From: Candidatus Micrarchaeota archaeon
GTDB lineage: Archaea > Micrarchaeota > Micrarchaeia > Norongarragalinales > Norongarragalinaceae
Length of the DNA stretch: 11,864 nucleotides
Assembly: GCA_037444485.1 (NCBI GenBank)
Contig: JBBIMI010000024.1
Location: 1 to 11,864, forward strand
Direction of reading: 5' to 3'
Below the pieces are notes generated by a model. The model was not told the DNA's origin, searched no databases, and saw nothing but the letters and a program-made list of their open reading frames with translations. Both the position numbers and the translations under genes were made by a program. How positions within the stretch are numbered: position 1 is the stretch's first letter; every line of letters starts with the position of its first letter. Positions 1 through 7,588 of this stretch are shown here, piece after piece.

Positions 1-82
1 TCAACATTTTAAAGCGGTACTTCGTGCACCACTGCAAGTGGTGCGCGTTCTGTCCCGGACAATGCTCACTCACGCTAGGCAT
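1..82 (-). CDS. tnpA: IS200/IS605 family Y1 (HUH) transposase, N-terminal fragment running off the window edge
   Basis: Manual translation from ATG at 82: MPSVSEHCPGQNAHHLQWCTKYRFKML..., matching the TnpA N-terminal motif H(I/L)xWCxKYRxxxL. GGAGGT lies 8 nt upstream of the ATG. The HUH and catalytic Tyr motifs are outside the window. Confidence 0.85.
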   Translation of the reverse strand, partial: MPSVSEHCPGQNAHHLQWCTKYRFKML

Positions 83-88
83 ATTTCG

Positions 89-127
89 TTACCTCCGGCG
101 GCGCAACATCCGCGCCGCTAGAGGTAA
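89..127 (-). promoter_or_regulatory. 5' UTR stem-loop sequestering the tnpA Shine-Dalgarno sequence
   Basis: Minus strand TTACCTCTAGCGGCGC-GGATGTT-GCGCCGCCGGAGGTAA: a 16-position stem with one G-U pair and one mismatch. GGAGGT is in the 3' arm. Confidence 0.7.
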
Positions 128-148
128 TTACGCGTTCAAAAAATTAGT

Positions 149-192
149 GGCTGATTCATCCGTTGCCTTGAAGGACAACGGATTTCTCAGCC
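149..192 (-). repeat. IS subterminal hairpin (putative TnpA recognition structure)
   Basis: Nested inverted repeats: GGCTGA 149-154/TCAGCC 187-192, ATCCGTTG 158-165/CAACGGAT 176-183, CCTT 166-169/AAGG 171-174. Confidence 0.75.
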
Positions 193-201
193 AAAGGGAT
201 T

Positions 202-220
202 AAAAACTAATTTTAAAAAA
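202..220 (+). promoter_or_regulatory. Possible BRE/TATA promoter of pelota
   Basis: A-rich run followed by TTTTAAAA (211-218), ending about 24 nt before ATG 242, compatible with a leaderless or short-leader transcript. The AT-rich context weakens this. Confidence 0.35.
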
Positions 221-241
221 TTTGAAAAAGGTTTTTGGTAG

Positions 242-1282
242 ATGAAGTGTAGAATCGACGAAAAGCACGGCGAGTTAAGGCTTGAACCCCAGTCGATTGA
301 AGACTTGTGGCACTTGACGAAACTTATTGAGCCAAGCGACGTCGTAGCCGGGCAGTCTGAACGCAGGTTTAAAACCCGTGGTTTGACGCGCCCAGAATCA
401 GGCGAGAAAAAGAAAGTGTTCATCGAACTACGCGTCGAAAACGTCGAATTCGCAGAAGCAGTCAACAAACTGCGCATTACTGGAAAAATCGTTTCCGGAA
501 CCCCTGAAGAATTCGTGCAGTCCGGAGAACACCACACTATAGACGTCGAAGTCGGCGACTCCATCCTATTGAAAAAAGAACTTGGCGTTTACCACAAGAA
601 AGTGCTGCAAGAAGCCCTCAAGAAAAGCAAAATGCAAGAAACAACGATAATCGTGATTGACGACGAGAAAGCCCTAGTAAGCGAATTAACTTCTACTGCA
701 GGCGTGCGCTTCCTCTACGAAATCCGCAACGAAGCTAGCAAACGAGAACTGAAAACCTTTGAAGAATTAAAGAAAAAATTCTTCAGCGAAGTCCTCAAGG
801 CAGTGCAAGGCGGAAAAGAAAATACGGTAATCGCGGGTCCTGGATTCATGAGAGACGACTTCAAGAAGTACGTCGCACAGAAAGCGCCGGACGCACTCAA
901 GAAAATCACTTTCGAGTCAACGAGCAGCGCAGAGCAAAGCGGAGTGCTTGAACTCATCAAGAAAGGCGTTCTACAAAAAATTTTGGGGAGACAGAAACTA
1001 AGCGAAGAACTCCAACTGCTTGAAGAATTCAAGAAGAGAATCGCCAAGGAAGAACTCGCGTGTTACGGAGAAAAACAAGTTGAAAAAGCTGTTCAAGCAG
1101 GCGCTGTTGAAAAAATTCTAGTAATAGACGAATTACTCCGCAAGAACACGAGAGTCCAGGAAACAGTAGTCCAAGCAGAGAAACTCGGCGCGACCACCAT
1201 AGTGTTCGACTCTGGCGACGACGCTGGAAAAGAATTCAAGCCATTCGCTTTAGCTGCGTTCCTGCGCTTCAAAAATTTTTGA
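242..1282 (+). CDS. pelA: mRNA surveillance / ribosome rescue protein pelota (Dom34)
   Basis: 346 aa. N-terminal PQSIEDLWHL, LRITGKI and HHTIDV, central AGPGF motif, CYGEKQVEKAVQAGAVEKILV and C-terminal AAFLRF fit the eRF1-like three-domain pelota. No GGQ motif. Confidence 0.96.
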   Translation: MKCRIDEKHGELRLEPQSIEDLWHLTKLIEPSDVVAGQSERRFKTRGLTRPESGEKKKVFIELRVENVEFAEAVNKLRITGKIVSGTPEEFVQSGEHHTIDVEVGDSILLKKELGVYHKKVLQEALKKSKMQETTIIVIDDEKALVSELTSTAGVRFLYEIRNEASKRELKTFEELKKKFFSEVLKAVQGGKENTVIAGPGFMRDDFKKYVAQKAPDALKKITFESTSSAEQSGVLELIKKGVLQKILGRQKLSEELQLLEEFKKRIAKEELACYGEKQVEKAVQAGAVEKILVIDELLRKNTRVQETVVQAEKLGATTIVFDSGDDAGKEFKPFALAAFLRFKNF

Positions 1283-1296
1283 AAAAAAAAACTTGT

Positions 1297-1593
1297 TTAA
1301 AGCGAGACATCCTTCCTGTCCGGCTTTTTCTCTTGCGGGGGAGAATAAAACAACGCTAGGAAAAACAAGGCAGCCAACATCAACACGAACGCGCCTGTCA
1401 CCAGAAAATAGATTATGAGCGAAAACGAGAACAACACGAACAAGTCGTTGAAACTCGCGCCGACTGTAAACGTTTCAGCTTTAAACTCGCCTGCCACTCC
1501 ATTCCCTAAAACATTTTTTCCACTAGAGCGGCTAAGCCTATTCAAATCAACGGCTTCAAAACCAGCCACTCGCAACACCTTTTTTATAGTCAC
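1297..1593 (-). CDS. Hypothetical small membrane protein (about 2 TM segments), start uncertain
   Basis: 98-aa ORF with a long hydrophobic stretch (LFVLFSFSLIIYFLVTGAFVLMLAALFFLALFY) and charged tail, convergent with pelota. No SD directly at the GTG. Confidence 0.5.
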   Translation of the reverse strand: MTIKKVLRVAGFEAVDLNRLSRSSGKNVLGNGVAGEFKAETFTVGASFNDLFVLFSFSLIIYFLVTGAFVLMLAALFFLALFYSPPQEKKPDRKDVSL

Positions 1594-1655
1594 GCGTTAG
1601 GAAAAAAGGAGGCTTGAAAGCGAGCGAACAAAACTTTTTGGTTAAGGAATACCTC

Positions 1656-1757
1656 CTAAAGGGTTTTCAACTGCTTCCAGCGGCCCCCTCTATTCCTAAA
1701 TGCGCCGTACACTGGTTTTCCATTCCTGGTTTTCCATGCTTCAAAAAATTTTTCCAT
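1656..1757 (-). CDS. Possible small basic protein (33 aa)
   Basis: MEKFFEAWKTRNGKPVYGAFRNRGGRWKQLKTL*. GGGGGTGGTGG upstream with suboptimal spacing, and the stop overlaps an AGGAGGT motif. Confidence 0.25.
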   Translation of the reverse strand: MEKFFEAWKTRNGKPVYGAFRNRGGRWKQLKTL

Positions 1758-2235
1758 AAAATTCTTCCAGCCACCACCCCCAATAATTAAACAAAACAAC
1801 AGAAAAATATATAAATCTTTCTATTTATAACAAAATTTTTAATTTATTGATAATTTGTTATTTTTTGGATTTGTTATTTCTTTTTAGTAGTATTATGTTT
1901 AATTTAGTTTTAGTGATAATAATGCGAGAAAAATAATGTAAGAAACGTTGTTGTAATGAGTTTTGAGCGAGTAATTTACGTGAAATGAGTTTGATGGTGA
2001 TAAGGTTAAAGAATGTAAGGTTGAAGGATAAGGTTGATGGTAATCGGGTTTGGCGCTTGCTTGACGACTGCTTGCCGCCCACTTGAGGCTTGATTGAGGC
2101 TTGAATTAGAGCTTGCTTGAAATTGCTTGGGTTAAAACGCAAGCATTAAAAGCGTAGCCTGCGATTATACTCAACGTTTTTCTCAACGTTTTTCGACTTT
2201 TTGTGAAAAAATGTGAAAAAAGAGGGGTTGTTTGT

Positions 2236-2949
2236 TTGAATTATAGTATTTCTGACGCTGTTTCTGAAGTCTTGAGTGAAATGCATTTCTTGCAACAGCC
2301 TTTCAAACTAGGAATCATCAATTACTCTGCGCTGGCGCGCGTAATAAAGCCGTTCGTAGAACAAAAAACAGGCGAGGAAGCTGGCTTGGATGCCATTATA
2401 ATGGCTATTCGCAGGAACAGCGAAATCGTTGGAAAAACCGAGTCTCAAGACGTTTACGCTCTTCTCGGCGAATGCACTTTAAGCCTACGCACCGGAATGG
2501 TTTACGTTCACTTCAAGCGCTCGAACGAATTGTACGAGAAGGTAGCCAAGTTTGAACGCACTATAAACTGGTTGTCAGGCGAAAGAATTTACGTGAACCA
2601 ACGTACTGACGAGATTTCAATAATGACGTTGTCGCGCTTCCTCTCCAGCCTGCTTGAATTGATTGCTGACGACGAGTCCCAGCTCCTCGGAAAACAAGAA
2701 AACATGGCTATGCTTACTATTCGTTATCCAGCCAGCGCATTGCAAACTCCAGGCGTTCTTCACTTACTCACAAGCCAATTCGCTGCGCTTGGAATAAACA
2801 TCGTTTCAGTCTTCTCGTCCTTCTCGCGCTTATCCTTCGTTTGCGATGAAGCGGACGCGCCTGCGGTGTACAACAGGATTGCTAAACTCATTCGCGACAG
2901 CAAGAAAATAAACGAAAGCTTGAAACAACCAATGGAAGCACGCGAATGA
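2236..2949 (+). CDS. ACT-domain-containing protein (aspartokinase-regulatory-like C-terminus, no kinase domain)
   Basis: N-terminal SISDAV...GIINYSALARVIKP...AIIMAIRR motif and C-terminal ACT signature TPGVLHLLTSQFAALGINIVSVFSS. TTG 2236 follows GAGGGG (2222-2227) and is preferred over GTG 2203. Confidence 0.85.
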   Translation: MNYSISDAVSEVLSEMHFLQQPFKLGIINYSALARVIKPFVEQKTGEEAGLDAIIMAIRRNSEIVGKTESQDVYALLGECTLSLRTGMVYVHFKRSNELYEKVAKFERTINWLSGERIYVNQRTDEISIMTLSRFLSSLLELIADDESQLLGKQENMAMLTIRYPASALQTPGVLHLLTSQFAALGINIVSVFSSFSRLSFVCDEADAPAVYNRIAKLIRDSKKINESLKQPMEARE

Positions 2950-3311
2950 CGCTTTAATTTCAAGCCCAAACACTTGGTTTTTTTGGGATGTTGAAAAACA
3001 CTTTGTTTAAGCTAGTTGTTTAAGCTAGTTCTCGATTTTAACGACGCCTCAAGCGAGTTTTACGCGCGCAAGCAGTCGAGCCACAAGCTTGACGGAAGCC
3101 TTACTGAAAGCAACTCGCGGCTTAGTGAATAAACCCTCATTCAAGAAATATGCGAGAAAAACGCGAAAATGCTAGAAAAACGCCGCGTTTCACGCCGGCG
3201 CCACGCGCAAGCAAGTACTGCAGTCCACAAAAAATTCGTTTGACTTCAAGGCTCCCGCGAAAACGTTTAACGCGTTGAACTCCGGCGACGGTTTTGCTTG
3301 ATGACTACTCA

Positions 3312-4331
3312 CTACTCGCGTTTCACGCCGGCTAACACGAATTGCGCCAGCAGCGCTTCGAGTTGAATCCGCTCGTCAGCTCCTTCACTCAAACGAAAGT
3401 CGTACTCTCCGATTTTCTCTACGAGCGCGACTTTCTGCTCGTCTGGAATGTCGAGCGAAACCACTTCGCGGTAAACCTGTGAAACAACGTCTTCGCCGCT
3501 CAACCCGTAAGAAATCATGAGTTCGTTGAGAAGCTCGCGCGCTTCAGCGAAACGCCCTTTAAGCGCGAGTTTAACCATTTCAACAACTTGTTTGGGCCTA
3601 GCGCGGGAAGCGATTTTAAAAACGTCGCTCTCCGAAATCTTTTCGCCCAACGCGCTCGCACCCTGCAAACAGTTTATTGCTTTGCGGGCGTCGCCGTCAG
3701 CAACGTAAACCACTGTCTCTAACGCTTTTTCATCAAGTTTTAGTTTCTCTGCGTTGATGATGCGTTCTACGATGCGCTTGATTTCCTCGTCATTCAAGCG
3801 CGGGAATCTGAAGACTGCACAGCGGCTTTGAATTGGTTCTATAATGCGGGAGGAATAGTTCGCGTTTAACACGAAACGCGTGTTTGAAGAAAATTGTTCC
3901 ATTGTGCGCCGCAAGGCCTGCTGCGCGTCCTGCGTGAGCGCATCAGCTTCATCGAGTAAGATTATTTTGAATGGCACGTCACTAAAGGGCAGCGTGCGCG
4001 CAAAGTCCTTCACTTTTCCGCGAACGACGTCGATGCCGCGCTCGTCGCTCGCGTTGAGCTCGAGAAAGCACGAGTTCAAGTTTTCGCCATACAATTCGCG
4101 CGCCATCGCGAGAACGCACGCGGTTTTTCCAACTCCAGCAGGACCGGCTAGAAGCAAGTGAGGCAGGTTTTTCGTCTTGACGAATCCCTGTAGTCGCTTG
4201 ACGATTGCCTCGTGGCCGATGACGTCCGCCAGCGTGCGGGGACGGTATTTCTCTATCCACGGAACAAACTTGTCTTGCGCTTGCGAGAGTTTCTCTAGCG
4301 GCGGGAATTCTCTTGATTCTTTTTCAGTCAA
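3312..4331 (-). CDS. rfcS: Replication factor C small subunit (clamp loader)
   Basis: PWIEKYRP, Walker A GPAGVGKT, LELNASDERGIDVVR, Walker B IILLDEAD, AQQALRRTME, SRC motif. TTG start with GGGGGT upstream. No intein. Confidence 0.98.
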   Translation of the reverse strand: MTEKESREFPPLEKLSQAQDKFVPWIEKYRPRTLADVIGHEAIVKRLQGFVKTKNLPHLLLAGPAGVGKTACVLAMARELYGENLNSCFLELNASDERGIDVVRGKVKDFARTLPFSDVPFKIILLDEADALTQDAQQALRRTMEQFSSNTRFVLNANYSSRIIEPIQSRCAVFRFPRLNDEEIKRIVERIINAEKLKLDEKALETVVYVADGDARKAINCLQGASALGEKISESDVFKIASRARPKQVVEMVKLALKGRFAEARELLNELMISYGLSGEDVVSQVYREVVSLDIPDEQKVALVEKIGEYDFRLSEGADERIQLEALLAQFVLAGVKRE

Positions 4332-4503
4332 TTAAAGTAATACCCCCAATGCAGTATTCCGCATTAACTATCGTTTTGCGTGGCAATTCGTAATAAAGTA
4401 CAGTAAAATCTGCTTTAAAACATTTTGAGAGCAAGTTGCCAATAAAAATGCGCAGTCAACAGCAACCGGGTTATCGCCTGAATTTCTGTTTCAAGCGCTT
4501 TTG

Positions 4504-4710
4504 TCAAGCGCTTTTGAATGCTTTCCTGCGCGGAATCTTAGACCAGCAGTCTTTACAAATGATGAGTCTTTGCGTCTTGCTCGCGGTCTTGCTGCTCTTC
4601 TGGCAGTTCCTGCAAATTCTTCGCTTGGGCTCACAGTAATCGCAGTACTCGAGGTAGTGGGTTTCCCGCCCGCACCGCTCGCACTTCCTGCTTTCCTTTG
4701 ACTTAACCAA
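4504..4710 (-). CDS. Small basic zinc-binding protein with four CxxC motifs
   Basis: 68 aa with CERC, CDYC, CRNC, CKDC. TTG start preceded by GGGGGTG. Same strand as, and upstream of, rfcS. Confidence 0.85.
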   Translation of the reverse strand: MVKSKESRKCERCGRETHYLEYCDYCEPKRRICRNCQKSSKTASKTQRLIICKDCWSKIPRRKAFKSA

Positions 4711-4749
4711 AAAAATAACACCCCCGGAATAAAAAAATTGTAACTACTC

Positions 4750-4812
4750 GCCTTTTAAATATAAAGCATCGAGTATACGCTCTTTTCCGTGAAAAACCAA
4801 ATTATATTAATC
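4750..4812. promoter_or_regulatory. Divergent promoter region with TATA-like boxes
   Basis: TTTTAAATATAAA near 4753-4765 and TTATATTAA near 4802-4810, between divergent genes. Confidence 0.35.
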
Positions 4813-4909
4813 GACTTTAATAAAAAAAGTTTACTGCAAACAAAACGAATAAAATCTTTCCTTTTTCTTTCTTTTAACTCTTTCCAGTGGCCAGACAACG
4901 GTGTTTCGC

Positions 4910-6226
4910 GTGAAAGTGTTCGTGAAAACGTTCGGCTGCACGTTCAACCAAGCGGATTCCGATGAAATCAAAAACTATCTCGAAAAAAAAGGCGTGAAGA
5001 TAGTCGGCCCCGAGAACGCTGTCGAAGCTGAAGCAATAGTATTCAACACGTGCGGCGTCAAGGCTGCGACGCAAGAAAAGATACTGCACGAAGTCAAGAA
5101 CGCTGGAAAAAACAAGAAAATCGTGGTAGCAGGCTGCCTAGCGCAAGCAACTCCAGAGCTAATCGCGAGAGCCAATCCTTCAGCAGTAGTCACTGGAATC
5201 GCGGACGGCAAGCGAATCCTGCAAGCCCTACTAAAAAACGTAAAAAACGCTGGGAAAATCAAAAAAACGACTGTATTCCAACCCACTCCACCAACCGTAG
5301 ACGGCGTAATCGCGAGAACCCGCATCGCGCGCGGCTGCCTCAACGCGTGCACTTACTGCCAAACACGCATCGCGCGCGGCCCGCTGCAATCCACGCTGCA
5401 AAACGAAGTGATTCAAGGCGTTGCGCGGGCAGTAAAGCAAGGCGCGAGAGAAATCCAGTTGACTGCCCAAGACTGCGGTTGTTACGGGTTCGACTTGCGC
5501 CCGAAAACAACGCTAGCTGAATTGATTACCGCGTTAAACGAGATTCCAGGCGATTTCCGCATTCGAGTCGGAATGCTTAATCCACAGCACGCGCTCAAAC
5601 AATTGCCTGAACTCGCAAACGCATTCACGCTCGAGAAAACATACAAGTTCCTGCACGTTCCACTTCAAAGCGGCAGCGATGCCGTGCTCGATGCGATGCT
5701 TAGAGGGTATTCGGCGAAAGAATTCAAGCACGTTGTCGACGCGTTTCGAAAAAAAATTCCTGAAATCACGCTCGCAACTGACGTGATAGTCGGCTTTCCG
5801 ACTGAAACCGAGGAAGATTTTCAAAAAACTCTGAAACTCTTGAAAGAAACGCGTTTCGACATCGTCAACGTATCCAAGTTCTCGCCACGCCCGAAAACGC
5901 TTGCCGCACGCTTGCCGCAGTTGAACAACTCCACCGTCAAGCACAGAAGCAAGCTGGCAAGCGAGCTTACAAAAAAAATCAGCCTCGAGAAAAACCGCGA
6001 GTGGGTTGGACGAACATGCAACGCGTTGTTCACGGAAAAAGGCAAGCACAAAAACACTGAAAACACTGTAAACGAAAACGCGGAAACCGCGGAAACCGCA
6101 TGCAGTCTAGGCAGGAACGATTACTACAAGCAAGTCATCGTTAAGAAAAACATCGAGTTAGGCGAGTTCACGCGCGTGCGCGTAGTCGGCGCTGTTCAAG
6201 GCGGTTTGCTTGCCGAGCTGGCGTGA
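4910..6226 (+). CDS. mtaB: tRNA t6A37 methylthiotransferase, archaeal MtaB/CDKAL1 type (radical SAM)
   Basis: UPF0004 domain (TFGCTFN, FNTCGVK, VAGCLAQ), CxxxCxxC (CLNACTYC), RIRVGMLNP, FLHVPLQSGSD, TDVIVGFPTETEEDF, C-terminal TRAM. GTG 4910 follows GGTG (4900-4903). GTG 4901 is the alternative start. Confidence 0.92.
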   Translation: MKVFVKTFGCTFNQADSDEIKNYLEKKGVKIVGPENAVEAEAIVFNTCGVKAATQEKILHEVKNAGKNKKIVVAGCLAQATPELIARANPSAVVTGIADGKRILQALLKNVKNAGKIKKTTVFQPTPPTVDGVIARTRIARGCLNACTYCQTRIARGPLQSTLQNEVIQGVARAVKQGAREIQLTAQDCGCYGFDLRPKTTLAELITALNEIPGDFRIRVGMLNPQHALKQLPELANAFTLEKTYKFLHVPLQSGSDAVLDAMLRGYSAKEFKHVVDAFRKKIPEITLATDVIVGFPTETEEDFQKTLKLLKETRFDIVNVSKFSPRPKTLAARLPQLNNSTVKHRSKLASELTKKISLEKNREWVGRTCNALFTEKGKHKNTENTVNENAETAETACSLGRNDYYKQVIVKKNIELGEFTRVRVVGAVQGGLLAELA

Positions 6227-6251
6227 AGAAAAAACCGAGAATGCGAAAAGC

Positions 6252-6334
6252 AAGACGAAAAGAAAGACGAAAAGAAAAGCAACGCAAAAAGCAACGCGAG
6301 AAGAAAGGCGAAAAGAAAAGCAACGCAAAAAGCA
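6252..6334. repeat. Purine-rich nested direct repeats
   Basis: AAGACGAAAAGA x2, AAAGCAACGC x3, and 26-nt CGAAAAGAAAAGCAACGCAAAAAGCA at 6268-6293 and 6309-6334. Confidence 0.85.
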
Positions 6335-6419
6335 TAATTTATATTATGTTGTAAAATCATTATGTAAACGAGTGTTTTTAAAGTAAGCGAGTGTTTTCGC
6401 TTACAAAGAGGTAATTCTC

Positions 6420-7160
6420 GTGAGTGTTACTGCGTTGCTGCGGCATTCTGTCGAGGCTTACAAGCGGAACGCGAAACTAATTTCATTCTTCAGCATTCCC
6501 TTACTGATTGCCTTTCCGCTTTCGCTCTTGCTTCCAAACTTTATCGCTTTGAGCGGGGTTTTCCTCCGCTTCAGAAGCGCTGCATCCAACTTGAGCGCGC
6601 TTGAAGCCGCATTCATAACAATCGTGTTCCTAATCGCGCTCGCGCTGTTCGCGTTCGCGGTAGTTGCGATAAACGTTGTAGTGCGTTCGCAACGCACTTT
6701 AACGCGCCTCACGCACAGTGAAGTCGAAAAAATAGAATCCTGCACAATGAAACTCTACCTAGTATTTTTAACCGCGTTCTTCGTAACGCTCGCCGCGACG
6801 ATGCTGATTTACCAGTACTCGTTCCTCGGCGCTTTCGGCTCGACGCTCGGCTTGGTAATCGCTTTTCTTGCGGCAGTCGCGGTTTTGTTTGCCCCCCAAG
6901 CGATTGTGATAGACGACTTGAGCGTGAAGCACGCTCTGGGCGCGAGTTACAAGATTGTTTCCAGAAAATTCGGTTTCTTTGTTTTCTTCCTGGTTTTCGC
7001 CGGCGTAGCGCTGTTGGCAAACGCTTGGTTTTTCATGCAACTCACGCAATTCTTTCTCTACTCGCGTTTTCTCGCGCTCGTAGTCAATGCGGTGTTGATT
7101 GTTCCTTTCCTGGAAGTGCTCAAGACGCAGATTTACTTAAGCAAGTATACTATACTTTGA
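6420..7160 (+). CDS. Hypothetical multi-pass membrane protein (about 6 TM)
   Basis: 246 aa with repeated hydrophobic helices and a PQAIVIDDLSVKHALGASYKIV loop reminiscent of GDPD-membrane-domain-like families. GAGGT SD at 6408-6412. Confidence 0.88.
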   Translation: MSVTALLRHSVEAYKRNAKLISFFSIPLLIAFPLSLLLPNFIALSGVFLRFRSAASNLSALEAAFITIVFLIALALFAFAVVAINVVVRSQRTLTRLTHSEVEKIESCTMKLYLVFLTAFFVTLAATMLIYQYSFLGAFGSTLGLVIAFLAAVAVLFAPQAIVIDDLSVKHALGASYKIVSRKFGFFVFFLVFAGVALLANAWFFMQLTQFFLYSRFLALVVNAVLIVPFLEVLKTQIYLSKYTIL

Positions 7161-7588
7161 ATACGCTCTGAAGCAAGCCAGCATTCAAGGACTTTTCACT
7201 GGCAGAGGTTGACTCAAGTTTAAAAACTATTTTCGCGATTTTTTTACTTGATTTAAAGTGTTTTTCAACGCTTACGAGCTACTGTTTTATGAACATTTTT
7301 TCAATGGAAATGCGGCTAGTGTTGAACAAATTATTTATCGAAAAACTTTTGGAGAAGCGAGCCGCCTGCGGGCGAGGCAAAGGAGTCGTACAACCTCGCA
7401 CGAGTTAGTTGACCTGAATCGCGAAAGACAAACAATTATTAATCACGCCAGAATAAAGCCAAAACAACTTGTTATCTGCATGTTTATTGGAAACGGGAAG
7501 GCGTTTGCCGCATTAGTAAAAATTGAAAAACTAAATAAACTAAATAATTTAATTGAACGAGTAAACTTGATTGAACGGTAAAACACTC

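Larger units (their letters stand above)
1..200 (-). mobile_element. Left end of an IS200/IS605 family insertion sequence (boundary approximate)
   Basis: tnpA start plus imperfect palindrome 149-192 (minus strand GGCTGAGAAATCCGTTGTCCTTCAAGGCAACGGATGAATCAGCC), typical of IS200/IS605 subterminal hairpins. Confidence 0.8.

Noticed and set aside
20..192. Stand-alone ncRNA (HEARO/omegaRNA or tRNA) from clustered hairpins
   Set aside because: Better explained as the IS left end, tnpA leader and tnpA coding sequence. No cloverleaf.
1858..2142. 94-aa minus-strand ORF
   Set aside because: Low-complexity translation of AT-rich intergenic DNA without an SD or motif.
3312..4331. Intein in RFC (also checked topA)
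   Set aside because: Lengths are normal, motifs are contiguous, and no splice-junction or LAGLIDADG signatures are present.
4881..4892. ORB-like TTTCCAGTGG
   Set aside because: Single partial match without GAAA or G-string, and no cdc6/orc1 in the window.
7258..7581. 107-aa ORF upstream of topA
   Set aside because: No SD, no recognisable motif, and the 3' part runs through AT-rich repeats. Not supportable, though not excluded.
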